This document shows positions 48,423 through 60,564 of a stretch of 64,000 nt of DNA, in pieces. The stretch covers positions 53,430 through 117,429 of the forward strand of contig CAVOGK010000024.1 of assembly GCA_963695395.1 (NCBI GenBank). Direction: 5' to 3'. Position 1 is the first letter of the stretch. Every line of letters starts with the position of its first letter. The translations under genes were made by a program, and so were the position numbers. The notes under the pieces were generated by a model. That model saw only the letters and a program-made list of their open reading frames with translations. It did no database searches and had not been told where the DNA came from. This DNA is from an uncultured Thermoleophilia bacterium. Lineage in GTDB: Bacteria > Actinomycetota > Thermoleophilia > UBA2241.

Positions 48423-48887
48423 TCACGCTTCCTCGTGCTCATGGGCGGGGTCGGCGTTGAAGTCGGCGCCGCAGACGGGGCACAGCCCGCGGCAGTCGTC
48501 ACGGCAGAGCAGTTTCTGAGGCAGAGCCTCGGCGATGATGTCGCGGACCCAGCGCTCGAGGTCGACCTGGTGTGAGGCGACGTAGGGTTCGTCTTCGTCG
48601 TCCGTCTCTGAATCGCCGTGACGGACGTACTCGACGCCTCTCGCCTCCACGTCGAGATCGGCGTCCGCCAGGCAGCGCTGACACGGGCCGAGCACCCGGG
48701 TATCGACGGCCAGGGAGAGCGTCAGGTTGTCGCCGACGCGCGCCGCGGTGAGGTCCGCCTCGACCACGTCGTCGAGCACCCGGTACTCGAGGCCACCGTA
48801 CTGAAACGGTGCGACCTCGACCGGCAGCACACGCCAGGCTTCGCTGGAGTCGCCGAAACGCAGTGAGTGTAGGTCGAATCTCCGCAT
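48423..48887 (-). CDS. yceD: YceD/DUF177 family protein (23S rRNA accumulation protein)
   Basis: It sits upstream of rpmF, has an acidic profile and a C-terminal CRDDCRGLCPVCGADFN. Confidence 0.8.
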   Translation of the reverse strand: MRRFDLHSLRFGDSSEAWRVLPVEVAPFQYGGLEYRVLDDVVEADLTAARVGDNLTLSLAVDTRVLGPCQRCLADADLDVEARGVEYVRHGDSETDDEDEPYVASHQVDLERWVRDIIAEALPQKLLCRDDCRGLCPVCGADFNADPAHEHEEA

Positions 48888-48920
48888 GACCGGTCCGCCG
48901 GAGCGGGCGACGCCGTCAGC

Positions 48921-49397
48921 TCACGGCTGCAGATCGTCGTCCGCGCCGCGGCCCTGGAGACGCTCGCGGCCGCGGCGTACCGCGGCGATGAACTTGTCGA
49001 GGTTCATCTCGAGATTGCCCAGGACCTCGTCGGCATAGTCCTCGGCGCCCAGCCGGATCTCACGCTCGCGCTCGCGTGCGTCCTCCATGACCTGCTGCGC
49101 GTTCTTCTCGGCGAGGCGCACGACCTCGGTCTCGGAGGCGAGTCTCTCGGCGCGGTCCTGAGCCTCGGCCAGCACGCGCTCGGCCTCCTGCTTGGCCTCG
49201 GAGAGCATCTCCTGGCGCTCCTTGACGATCCAGCGCGCCTGCTTGATCTCCTCGGGGATGGTCGAGCGCATCTGGTCGAGGATGTCGTAGATCTCTTCGC
49301 GGTCGATCATGACGCTGTCCGTGAGCGGCACCGATCGGGCGTTGTGGATGATGTCATCCAGTTTGTCGATGAGAACGAGCACGTCCATACTCAGCAC
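48921..49397 (-). CDS. Conserved coiled-coil protein (the family is often annotated ATPase / V-ATPase subunit-H-like)
   Basis: LIDKLDDIIHNARSVPLTDSVMIDREEIYDILDQMRSTIPEEIKQARWIVKERQEML followed by a charged coiled coil. Confidence 0.6.
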   Translation of the reverse strand: MLSMDVLVLIDKLDDIIHNARSVPLTDSVMIDREEIYDILDQMRSTIPEEIKQARWIVKERQEMLSEAKQEAERVLAEAQDRAERLASETEVVRLAEKNAQQVMEDAREREREIRLGAEDYADEVLGNLEMNLDKFIAAVRRGRERLQGRGADDDLQP

Positions 49398-49412
49398 CCT
49401 CCTTGGGTGGCC

Positions 49413-49910
49413 TTACCTGCGAGGCGGATAGATTTCCGCCAGGCGGCGGGCGACGGCCGGAGGCACCAGGTCTGTGACGGAGCCTCCGAACGCGGCTATC
49501 TCTCTGACACCGCTCGAGCTCAGGAAGCTGTGCTCGGGCGAGGCCATCATGAAGACTGTTTCGATGTCGGGCGCCAGCTTCCTATTGAGCTGAGCCATGG
49601 CGAACTCATACTCGAAGTCGGAGATGGCGCGCAACCCCTTGAGGATGACGTGCGCGTCCCACCTGCGGGCGAACTCCACGACGAGCTCGTTGAACCTGTC
49701 GACGACGATGTTGTCGTGACCGGCGAGGGCCTCCCGGAGAAACGCCTCGCGCTCGTCGGGGGTGAACAGCGGCGCTTTGCGCTGCGGAACGTCGATGAGG
49801 CCGACGACGACGCGGCCGAACTTGGTGGCGCCGCGCGTGATGATGTCGATGTGGCCGACGGTGACAGGGTCGAACGTGCCCGGGCAGATGGCGGTCACAT
49901 TGCTGGGCAT
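49413..49910 (-). CDS. coaD: Phosphopantetheine adenylyltransferase
   Basis: AICPGTFDPVTVGHIDII, ILKGLRAISDFEYE, SSSGVREIA. Confidence 0.95.
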   Translation of the reverse strand: MPSNVTAICPGTFDPVTVGHIDIITRGATKFGRVVVGLIDVPQRKAPLFTPDEREAFLREALAGHDNIVVDRFNELVVEFARRWDAHVILKGLRAISDFEYEFAMAQLNRKLAPDIETVFMMASPEHSFLSSSGVREIAAFGGSVTDLVPPAVARRLAEIYPPRR

Positions 49911-49982
49911 CAGTCCGCCTCTCCAGGATGCTCACGCACGTCGAGTCGCTCAATAGGACCGTGCACTTCGTGGCACGGACAT
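49911..49982 (-). repeat. MIRU-like unit fused in frame to the 3' end of rsmD and ending at the coaD start
   Basis: GAC ATG TCC GTG CCA CGA AGT GCA CGG TCC TAT TGA GCGACTCG...GAGAGGCGGACTG-ATG aligns with the 48.1 kb and 35.1 kb units. The usual TGA after GAC is missing, so rsmD reads through 10 extra codons (MSVPRSARSY). Confidence 0.65.
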
Positions 49983-50642
49983 GTCTGCTGCTTCTCCTTC
50001 TGCCTGCGGCTCGGCGCCGGCCACAAGGAACGTGACCCGCGTGTCGCCGTAGCGCTTCTCCCGCACGACGGTCCAGGGCAGCCCGGCCGGCGTGGCGGCG
50101 GCGGACTCGATGACCAGCACTGCCCCGGGGACGAGCACCCGCCCCAGCAGCCTCGCAAGGGCGGGACGGACCTGCTCGTACACGTCGTACGGCGGGTCCG
50201 CAAACACGAGAGTATACCGTGCGCCGCGGCGGGCGTCAGCCGCCAGCGCCCGCCGCACGTCTCCCGCTACGACGGCGCCGGTCGCGTCCGGACCGCCGCC
50301 GCGCCCTACCGTGACGCCGAGCCGCACGAGATTCGCGCGCAGGGAGCGCACCGCCGAAGGCGCCGACTCGACGAACGTGCAACGGTCGGCGCCGCGGGAG
50401 AGCGCCTCGATCCCGAGCGCGCCGCTGCCCGCGAAGAGGTCGAGGGCGACGTGGCCGGCCAGCGGTCCCGGCGCGACCTCGCCGGCCGGCGACAGGGCGG
50501 CCGCCGTGCGGTCGCGGACCTCCGGCAGCGCGAGCAGGACGTCGAACATCGCCTCGCGAACCTTGTCCGAGGTCGGACGCGTGCCGCGTCCCGGCGGAGC
50601 CGTCAGCGGCCTGCCGCGCCAGCTCCCTCCGACGACCCTCAT
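49950..50642 (-). CDS. rsmD: 16S rRNA (guanine966-N2)-methyltransferase
   Basis: Trimmed to ATG 50642: MRVVGGSWRGRPLTAPPGRGTRPTSDKVREAMFDVL, LDLFAGSGALGIEALSRGA, VFADPPY. Confidence 0.9.
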   Translation of the reverse strand: MRVVGGSWRGRPLTAPPGRGTRPTSDKVREAMFDVLLALPEVRDRTAAALSPAGEVAPGPLAGHVALDLFAGSGALGIEALSRGADRCTFVESAPSAVRSLRANLVRLGVTVGRGGGPDATGAVVAGDVRRALAADARRGARYTLVFADPPYDVYEQVRPALARLLGRVLVPGAVLVIESAAATPAGLPWTVVREKRYGDTRVTFLVAGAEPQAEGEAADMSVPRSARSY

Positions 50643-50780
50643 GGCCGGTCTCCCGGCGCCGGGTCCGCTCCCCAGCGTCCGCAACGGCTCGCGATGCTCA
50701 CGGTGACTCCCCTCCGAACACCGCCGTGCTCCTCATCGCCATCCCTATCGCCCCGCGGGTCGGGGCATGGCGGCGCGACG

Positions 50781-52079
50781 TCAATCTTCCCGGCCGAGGA
50801 CGATCGGCCGCGGCGCAGGCTTCTCGTCCCCGACGCTGAACGCCTGCTCGAGCACGATGCCGGCCTCCCGGCGCCGCGCCGGGTCCCGCGAGAACACGGC
50901 CGCCAGCGGCTCACCCGCGTCCACCGCGTCGCCCACCGAGCGCTCGAGCACGACTCCCGCCGCCGGGTCGACCGTGTCGTCCACGGTACGGCGGCCCGCG
51001 CCGGAGAGCTGAGCCGCGCGGCCCACGGCCAGGGCGTCGATCCCCGTGACGAACCCCGCCCGCGACGCCCGGACCTCGTGCCCGGCGAGGCGGTGGAACT
51101 CGCCTGGCTGCCAGCGACCGCCCTGGACGTAGCACCAGCGCTCGAAGTGCTCCGCGGCGCGGCCGTCGTCCAGCGCCGCCTCCGCTCTCGCGCGAGCCTC
51201 TTCACCGTCGATGCCGAGGTCCGAGAGCGGCAGCAGCTCGGCAGCCAGCTCAAGCGTGACCTCGCGCACGTCGCGAGGGCCCTCCCCACGCAGCACCTGC
51301 CACGCCTCCTCGACCTCCAGCCGGTTGCCCACGGTGCGTCCCAGCGGCGCGTCCATGGCCGTGTAGAGACAGGTCGTCGGGCGCTCGTAGGACCGCCCGA
51401 CGCGGCGGCAGAGGCGGCCGATCTCCCGCGCATGCTCCAGATCGGCCGCAAACGCGCCACGGCCCACCTTGAGGTCGAGGACGACGGCCGACGTGCCGCT
51501 GGCGACCTTCTTCGCCATGATGCTGGCCGCGATCAGCCCGTCGCACTCGACCGTGCCGGTCACGTCGCGCAGCGCGTACAGCAGCCGGTCGGCGGGCACG
51601 ATCCTTTCGCTCTGGCTGACCACCGCGACCCCGATACGCTCCAGCTGGCGCAGGAAGTCGCCCTGCGGGAGCTGGATGCGAAAGCCGGGGATGGACTCGA
51701 GCTTGTCGAGGGTACCGCCGGTATGCCCGAGCCCGCGCCCGGACATCTTGCCGAAAACGGCGCCGCAGGCGGCGACCAGCGGCGCCAGCACGAGCGTGAC
51801 CTTGTCGCCGACCCCGCCGCTCGAGTGCTTGTCGAGGACGGGGCGGCGGAGGGCGCTGAGGTCGAGCATCTTGCCGCTGTCGACCATGGCCCGCGCCAGG
51901 TGGAGGGTCTCGTCGTCGCTCAGGCCCCGGAGGACCATTGCCATGAGCAGGGCGCTCGCCTGATACGACGGCACCGCGCCGCTCACCACACCCGCGACGA
52001 ACGCGCGCAGGCGTTCTTCGTCGAGCTCATTACCGTCGCGCTTCCAGGCGATCACGTCGTGCACGAAGTCCATGGTCAA
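50781..52079 (-). CDS. deoA: Pyrimidine-nucleoside (thymidine) phosphorylase
   Basis: DKHSSGGVGDKVTLVLAP, KMSGRGLGHTGGTLDKLESIPG. Confidence 0.9.
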   Translation of the reverse strand: MTMDFVHDVIAWKRDGNELDEERLRAFVAGVVSGAVPSYQASALLMAMVLRGLSDDETLHLARAMVDSGKMLDLSALRRPVLDKHSSGGVGDKVTLVLAPLVAACGAVFGKMSGRGLGHTGGTLDKLESIPGFRIQLPQGDFLRQLERIGVAVVSQSERIVPADRLLYALRDVTGTVECDGLIAASIMAKKVASGTSAVVLDLKVGRGAFAADLEHAREIGRLCRRVGRSYERPTTCLYTAMDAPLGRTVGNRLEVEEAWQVLRGEGPRDVREVTLELAAELLPLSDLGIDGEEARARAEAALDDGRAAEHFERWCYVQGGRWQPGEFHRLAGHEVRASRAGFVTGIDALAVGRAAQLSGAGRRTVDDTVDPAAGVVLERSVGDAVDAGEPLAAVFSRDPARRREAGIVLEQAFSVGDEKPAPRPIVLGRED

Positions 52080-52879
52080 CCCCCCTCTCCCGGGTCGTCC
52101 AGCAGGTCAGGCCAGCGGGTGACGAGCGCGCCCACGAGCCCGGCGGCGAGCAGCCGCGCGAGACGGCCGCCGGCGGCGAGCACGTCGTCGTGCGAGCCCA
52201 CCGCGGCCGCGACGTTGGCCACCAGCGCCAGGAGACAGCACTCTACGCCGGACGCGGCGGCGGCGCGAACCTCCGGCGCCGCCGACATGCCGACGACGTC
52301 CCCATATCCGCCCAGCCAGGCCACCTCCGCCGGCGTCTCGAACTGCGGGCCGGAGACCGACACGTACGTCGCGGCGCCCGGCACGGCGGCGGAGCCGAAC
52401 GCCCTCGCGACTCGCGTCGCCTGATCGTCCGTACACACACGCAAGCACTCGGGCGTGTCTCCCTCGGGCGGTCGCTGCAGATCGACGACGCCGGCGCAGA
52501 CGACGGCCCCGCCGACGGCGACACCGGACCGCAGGGCGCCGCACGAGTTGGTGAGGACGAGCCGCGTCGCGCCGGCGCGCGCCAGCGCCCGCACCGGCGC
52601 CTCGAGCTCGGCGTCGGACCAGCCCTCGTAGCGATGCGGACGCCCGCAGGCGAGCGCCAGGCGCAGCTCGCGCCCGTCCGCCACGGGCACGCGCGCCAGC
52701 CGCAGCAGGTTCTGGTGGCCGGGCACGGCGCCGGACGGCCACCCGAGGGCCTCGTACGGCAGTTCTTCCACAACGGACGCGCCCTCGGGCAGCGCCCAGA
52801 GCCCGGATCCGTACACCGCCGCGGCGTGCGGCCGCCAGGCGGCGACGCGGCGAAGCGCCGCCACCTCCGGACCGGCCAT
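52076..52879 (-). CDS. punA: Purine nucleoside phosphorylase (PunA type)
   Basis: This is the C-terminal 267 codons of ORF 52076..54061, from ATG 52879, which overlaps the deoB stop (ATGA). It carries GRPHRYEGW, LVLTNSCGAL and VSGPQFETPAEVAWLGGYGDVVGMS. Confidence 0.85.
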   Translation of the reverse strand: MAGPEVAALRRVAAWRPHAAAVYGSGLWALPEGASVVEELPYEALGWPSGAVPGHQNLLRLARVPVADGRELRLALACGRPHRYEGWSDAELEAPVRALARAGATRLVLTNSCGALRSGVAVGGAVVCAGVVDLQRPPEGDTPECLRVCTDDQATRVARAFGSAAVPGAATYVSVSGPQFETPAEVAWLGGYGDVVGMSAAPEVRAAAASGVECCLLALVANVAAAVGSHDDVLAAGGRLARLLAAGLVGALVTRWPDLLDDPGEGG

Positions 52880-54012
52880 CAGCCGATCGGCCGCCCCGGA
52901 AGAGGCGGCTCCTCCCCCGTCAGATGCGCGAAGGCCGTGGCGCCGACGTCCTCCTGGGCGCCGTCGTAGCGTCCCGGCGCGAGCCCGAGCGCCAGCAGTG
53001 GCGAGTACTCCCGCGAGTGGTCGGTGCTCTCCGTCGTCGGATCGACGCCGTGGTCGGCGCAGAGCATCATGACGTCCTCGGGGCCCAGCAGCTCCTCCCA
53101 GAGCGGGAGAGCGGCGTCGACCGCGGCCAGACCGCCGGCGAACCCATCGACGTCGTTGCGGTGACCCCAGACCTGGTCGAAGTCGACGAGATTGGCGAAC
53201 AGCAGGCCGTGCTCCATCTCGCGCAGGTGCCGCGTGCAGGCGGCGATGCCGGCGGTGTTGTCGGTGGTGTGGTCGTCCACGTCCACACCGCGCTGGACGA
53301 AGATCTCCCCGATCTTGCCGACGCCGATCACCGTGACGCCACGCTCCTGCAGCAGGTCGAGGTACGTCGGTCCGGGCGGCGTCAGCGAGAAATCGCGGCG
53401 GCGCGGCGTCCGCGCGTAGACGCCGGACGCGCCGTCGAAGGGGCGCGCGATCACACGCCCCACGGCGTGCGGCCCCTGCAGGATGGCCCGGGCGCTCTCG
53501 CACCACGAGTACAGCTCCGGCACGGGCACGACGTCCTCGTGACAGGCGATCTGAAAGACGGAGTCGGCGGACGTGTAGACGATGGGCCGGCCAGTGGCCA
53601 CGTGCTCGTCGCCGAGCTCCTCGATGACGCCGGTGCCGGAGGCGGGCCGGTTGCACAGCACGCGCCGGCCGATCGCCGCCTCGAAAGGCTCGATCACCTC
53701 CGGCGGAAAGCCGTCCGGGTACGTGGGGAACGGGCGCTCGAGCACGACGCCCATCATCTCCCAGTGACCCGTGGTCGTGTCCTTGCCGGCGCCGCGCTCG
53801 ACGAGCCGGCCGTACGTCGCGTCGGCTCGCGGCGCGCCGAGCGGCAGCCCGACGATCTCCCCCAGTCCGAGACCCGCGAGGTTGGGCAGCGGCACGGCGG
53901 TGCGCTCGAGCACGTGCCGCAAGGTGTTCGACCCCTCGTCGCCGTAGGCGGCCGCGTCGGGTAGCGCTCCCGCGCCGCAGCCGTCCAGCACACACACGAA
54001 CACACGCGTCAT
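52879..54012 (-). CDS. deoB: Phosphopentomutase
   Basis: RVFVCVLDGCGAG, GKDTTTGHWEMMG, NLVDFDQVWGHRND, ADHGVDPT. Confidence 0.95.
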   Translation of the reverse strand: MTRVFVCVLDGCGAGALPDAAAYGDEGSNTLRHVLERTAVPLPNLAGLGLGEIVGLPLGAPRADATYGRLVERGAGKDTTTGHWEMMGVVLERPFPTYPDGFPPEVIEPFEAAIGRRVLCNRPASGTGVIEELGDEHVATGRPIVYTSADSVFQIACHEDVVPVPELYSWCESARAILQGPHAVGRVIARPFDGASGVYARTPRRRDFSLTPPGPTYLDLLQERGVTVIGVGKIGEIFVQRGVDVDDHTTDNTAGIAACTRHLREMEHGLLFANLVDFDQVWGHRNDVDGFAGGLAAVDAALPLWEELLGPEDVMMLCADHGVDPTTESTDHSREYSPLLALGLAPGRYDGAQEDVGATAFAHLTGEEPPLPGRPIG

Positions 54013-54091
54013 GACTCCGTCCGCCGCGACGCCCTGCGGGCCGGCAGCCGCTCACCAGCACTTGGTGCTCTCAGTGGCTCTACTGGCATCA
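54009..54091 (-). repeat. MIRU-like junction unit whose 26-codon mini-ORF exactly bridges the xerD stop and the deoB start
   Basis: xerD ends GAG GAC TGA, and the ATG at 54089 shares the A of that stop. The mini-ORF is MPVEPLRAPSAGERLPARRASRRTES, and its TGA (54011-54009) overlaps the deoB ATG (54012-54010). Checked codon by codon. Confidence 0.8.
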
Positions 54092-55036
54092 GTCCTCCTC
54101 CCCACCTCGCCGCCGGCGCGCCCGCGGGTGCGTCTCGAGAAACACCTCACGGAGGTGCTCGACCGTGACGTGAGTGTACAGCTGCGTCGTGGCCACGTTG
54201 GCGTGGCCGAGCATCTCCTGCACGCTGCGCAGGTCGGCGCCGGCGGCCAGGAGGTGCGTGGCGAACGAATGCCGGAAGGTGTGGGCGCTGGCGGCCCCGA
54301 GCATGTCGGCGCGCGCCAGCACGCGACGCAGGATGTAGGCGAAACCCTGGCGCGTGAGCGGCGCGCCGCGGGCGTTCAGGATGAGCTCCGGGCGGCGGCG
54401 GCCGCGCAGCAGGACCCGCCGCCCGTCGGCGAGGTAGCGGCTCACGGCGGAGGCCGCCGCGCCGCCCATGGGCACGACCCGCTCCTTGTCGCCCTTGCCG
54501 ACACAGCGCACGAGGCCGCCTTCGAGGTCCACGTCGCCGTCGCGAAGACCCACGAGCTCGCTCACCCGGAGCCCACAGCCGTAGAGCAGCTCGAGCGCGG
54601 CGAGATCGCGTTGCCCGAGCGGACCGGCCGCGACGACAGCCGCGAAGACCTCCTCGACCTCTTCGACGGAGAGGACGCGCGGCAGCTTCTGAGCACGCTT
54701 GGGAGTACGCAGCAGAGCCGCGGGATCGTCCTGGCGGACGCCCTCCCGTACGAGGTAGGCATAGAAGACGCGAACGGCCGCGGTCCTCCTGGCGACGCTC
54801 GACGGGGCGCCGTCGCCGCCCGGACCGGCGAAGTAGGCGCGGACGTCGTCCGCGCCGGCCACGCCGGGTCGCGTGCCCGCCGGGACGAGGAACGCATCGA
54901 AGGCGCCCAGGTCGCGCGAGTACGCGGCTACCGTGTTGGGGCTGAGGCCGCGCTCGTAGCGCACGTACTCGAGGAACTCGGCGACCAGGGGGTCGCCCGG
55001 AGGCCCGGCCGGGCCGGTGTCTCGCCGCGTGCCCAC
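54089..55036 (-). CDS. xerD: Tyrosine recombinase XerD
   Basis: LELLYGCGLRVSELVGL, FRHSFATHLLAAGADLRSVQEMLGHANVATTQLYTHV. Synteny with pyrG and recN supports the call. Confidence 0.85.
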   Translation of the reverse strand: MGTRRDTGPAGPPGDPLVAEFLEYVRYERGLSPNTVAAYSRDLGAFDAFLVPAGTRPGVAGADDVRAYFAGPGGDGAPSSVARRTAAVRVFYAYLVREGVRQDDPAALLRTPKRAQKLPRVLSVEEVEEVFAAVVAAGPLGQRDLAALELLYGCGLRVSELVGLRDGDVDLEGGLVRCVGKGDKERVVPMGGAAASAVSRYLADGRRVLLRGRRRPELILNARGAPLTRQGFAYILRRVLARADMLGAASAHTFRHSFATHLLAAGADLRSVQEMLGHANVATTQLYTHVTVEHLREVFLETHPRARRRRGGEED

Positions 55037-55053
55037 GCGCCGCCCGGCGGCCG

Positions 55054-58055
<3,002 letters not shown>

Positions 58056-59705
58056 TCACGCAGCGCCCGACGCCTTGGCGAGGAGGTTCTCCGCGTGGCT
58101 GCGGGCGGCCGCGTCATCAGGGGTCGCTCCGAGCATACGGCAGAGCTCGGCGAGCCGCTCGGCGCCGTCGACGCGGCGCACGACCGTCTCGGTCGTGCCC
58201 TCGCCGACGTCGCTCTCCTTGGCGATGGCGAACTGCCGGTCCGCGAACGCCGCTACCTGCGGCAGGTGCGTGATACAGAGCACCTGGCGGCGCTCGGCCA
58301 GGCGACGGAGCCGCTCTCCGAGCGCCGCCGCGGTCACGCCGCCGATCCCCGTGTCGACCTCGTCGAAGATGAGCGTCTCGACGTCGTCTCCCAGATTGAC
58401 GAGGCCGCGGATGGCCAGCATGGCTCGCGAGAGCTCCCCGCCCGACGCCGTCTCGCGCAGCGGGCGCGGCGGAACCCCGGGATTGGCGCCGAAGACGAAC
58501 TCCACGTCGTCGGCGCCCTGCGGCCCGAGCCCAGCCCAGCCGTCGCCGCGTGACGTCAGCTCGATGGCGAAGCTCGCGTGGGGCATGGCGAGACCGCGCA
58601 GCTCTTCTTCGATGCGCCCGGCGACAACGGGAGCGAGCCGGCGCCGGGCTTCGCTCAGGCGCCCGGCTGCGGCCACGGCCTGCGCCTGTGCCGCCTCGAC
58701 CCGCGCGACGAGCGACTCCTCGTCGGCGGCGAACTCCTCGAGCGCACCGAGCCGGCTCCGCGCCTCCTCGAGATACGCGAGCACCTCATCGGCGGAGCCG
58801 CCGTACTTGCGCATGAGTCCCTTGAGCTTGTCGTGGCGGAGCTCGAGCGCATCGCGGTGCGCGGCGTCGACGTCCAGCCCGTCGATGTAGTCGCGCAGTG
58901 CCGCGGAGAGATCGTCCAGCTCGACGGTGAGGGCGCCGAGCCGCCCCGCCGCCGGCCCCAGGCTCTCGTCGAGCAAGGCCGCCTCGTCGACGAGACGCTG
59001 CGCCACGCGCACGCCGTCGAGCGCGGCGCCCTCGGCCTCGCCGGCCAGCAACGCGAGCGCTCCGCCGGTGCGCTCGAGCAGTTTGCCGGCGTGGCGCGCC
59101 CGCTCCCGCTCGCGCGCCAGCCGCTCGTCCTCTCCCGGCTCCACGGCGGCAGCTTCGATCTCGCCGACCTGGTAGCGGAGCATGTCGAGCTCGCGCTCGC
59201 GGTCACGTCCGGCGCCGCGGAGGTCGTCCAGCTCGCGCGTGAGCGCACGTGCGCTCGCGTACGTTTCTGCGTAGGCCGCCTTGAGCGGCTCGACCTCGTC
59301 GGCGACCGCTCCGTCGAGCAGATCCAGCTGACGCTCGAGTTGGAAGAGCCGCGTGTGCTCGAGCTGGCCGTAGAAGGCAAGGCGCCGCCGCAGCGCGTCC
59401 TCCACCGCGGCGGCCGAGCTGAGAAGCCCGTCCATGCGCGCCCTCGAGCGCCCACCGCGCGGCAGCTCGCGGGCCACCGCGAGCGTCTCGTCCCCGTTCT
59501 CGAAGAGCGCCTGCACCAGAGCCCGGGGAGCGCCCGGGCGCACGAGCTCGTCGCCGCCCTTCTGACCCATCAGCAGGCCGATCGCCTGGGCGAGGAGGGT
59601 CTTTCCCGCTCCGGTCTCCCCCGTGATGACGTTGAGGCCCGGCGAGAACTCCAGCCGGGCGCCGGCGATCAGCACGAGGTCGTCGATGCTGAGTTCAGCG
59701 AGCAT
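58056..59705 (-). CDS. recN: DNA repair protein RecN
   Basis: ORF 58056..59876, trimmed to ATG 59705: MLAELSIDDLVLIAGARLEFSPGLNVITGETGAGKT, with a C-terminal SGGELSRAMLA...LIFDEVDTGIGG. Confidence 0.9.
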   Translation of the reverse strand: MLAELSIDDLVLIAGARLEFSPGLNVITGETGAGKTLLAQAIGLLMGQKGGDELVRPGAPRALVQALFENGDETLAVARELPRGGRSRARMDGLLSSAAAVEDALRRRLAFYGQLEHTRLFQLERQLDLLDGAVADEVEPLKAAYAETYASARALTRELDDLRGAGRDRERELDMLRYQVGEIEAAAVEPGEDERLARERERARHAGKLLERTGGALALLAGEAEGAALDGVRVAQRLVDEAALLDESLGPAAGRLGALTVELDDLSAALRDYIDGLDVDAAHRDALELRHDKLKGLMRKYGGSADEVLAYLEEARSRLGALEEFAADEESLVARVEAAQAQAVAAAGRLSEARRRLAPVVAGRIEEELRGLAMPHASFAIELTSRGDGWAGLGPQGADDVEFVFGANPGVPPRPLRETASGGELSRAMLAIRGLVNLGDDVETLIFDEVDTGIGGVTAAALGERLRRLAERRQVLCITHLPQVAAFADRQFAIAKESDVGEGTTETVVRRVDGAERLAELCRMLGATPDDAAARSHAENLLAKASGAA

Positions 59706-60564
59706 CTCTACGATCGAAGAGCTTCTCCTCGACGTTCTGGTAGAACGACCCCTCGTTCTGCATGAGCAGGTGCGCGAGCTGCGGACCTGCGGAGGCGCGC
59801 ACCTCGTCGCCGAAGCGAAGCGTGCCCACGGTGTCGCCGTCGACGACCACCTCGGCCTGCTGAAGCGGAGAGACATTTCTCGCCGTGATGACGTGATCGG
59901 GCCGCAGGATCAGCGGGCGGACACCCAGCGAGTGTGGAGCGATGAAGTTGAGCACCAGGACGCCCGCGTTCCACTCCACGATGGGCCCTCCGCACGAGAG
60001 GCTGTAGGCGGTGGAGCCCGTGGGCGACGCGATGATGAGCCCGTCGCAGAACATGCTGCCCACGGTGACGCCGGCGACCTCATACTCGAGCTGCAGCACG
60101 TGCCGCGGCGCGACTCGACTCAGAATGACGTCGTTGACGGCGCTGAACCTCTCGCCGCCCAGATGGACGTCGACGGTGAGCAGGTCGACCACCCGGTGGT
60201 CGCCGGCGAGCATGACCTCGAGCCCCGCCTCCCAGCCCTCGCGCGGCAGCGAGGCGAGGAAGCCGACGTTGCCGAAGTTCACGCCCAGCGTGGGCACGTC
60301 GCTGCCCAGCAGCCGTCCGAGGCTGCGCAGGATGGTGCCGTCGCCGCCGAACACCAGGCACAGATCGGCGGTGCGCAGGCCGGCCTCGTCGACGGTCTGG
60401 TAGCCGAGCGCCTTCGCGGCCGGGTGCTTCGCGGCCTCGTCCTCGGGCATCAGCAGCTCCAGCTCGAGCTTGCCGGCGGCCGCGGCCAGCTGCGCCAGCG
60501 CGGCCGTCGTCGCCTCCGAGAGGTAGTGCGTGAGCACGGCGACGCGACGCAGGGGCTCACCCAT
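59695..60564 (-). CDS. nadK: NAD kinase
   Basis: Trimmed to ATG 60564; FGGDGTILR, NFGNVGFL, ASPTGSTAYSLSCGGPI. Confidence 0.9.
   Translation of the reverse strand: MGEPLRRVAVLTHYLSEATTAALAQLAAAAGKLELELLMPEDEAAKHPAAKALGYQTVDEAGLRTADLCLVFGGDGTILRSLGRLLGSDVPTLGVNFGNVGFLASLPREGWEAGLEVMLAGDHRVVDLLTVDVHLGGERFSAVNDVILSRVAPRHVLQLEYEVAGVTVGSMFCDGLIIASPTGSTAYSLSCGGPIVEWNAGVLVLNFIAPHSLGVRPLILRPDHVITARNVSPLQQAEVVVDGDTVGTLRFGDEVRASAGPQLAHLLMQNEGSFYQNVEEKLFDRRDAR

Noticed and set aside
52076-54061. A 661-aa minus-strand ORF spanning the punA and deoB regions
   Set aside because: Only its last 267 codons (from ATG 52879) look like a protein (PunA). The upstream part is an alternative frame of deoB, which is itself an intact 377-aa ORF.
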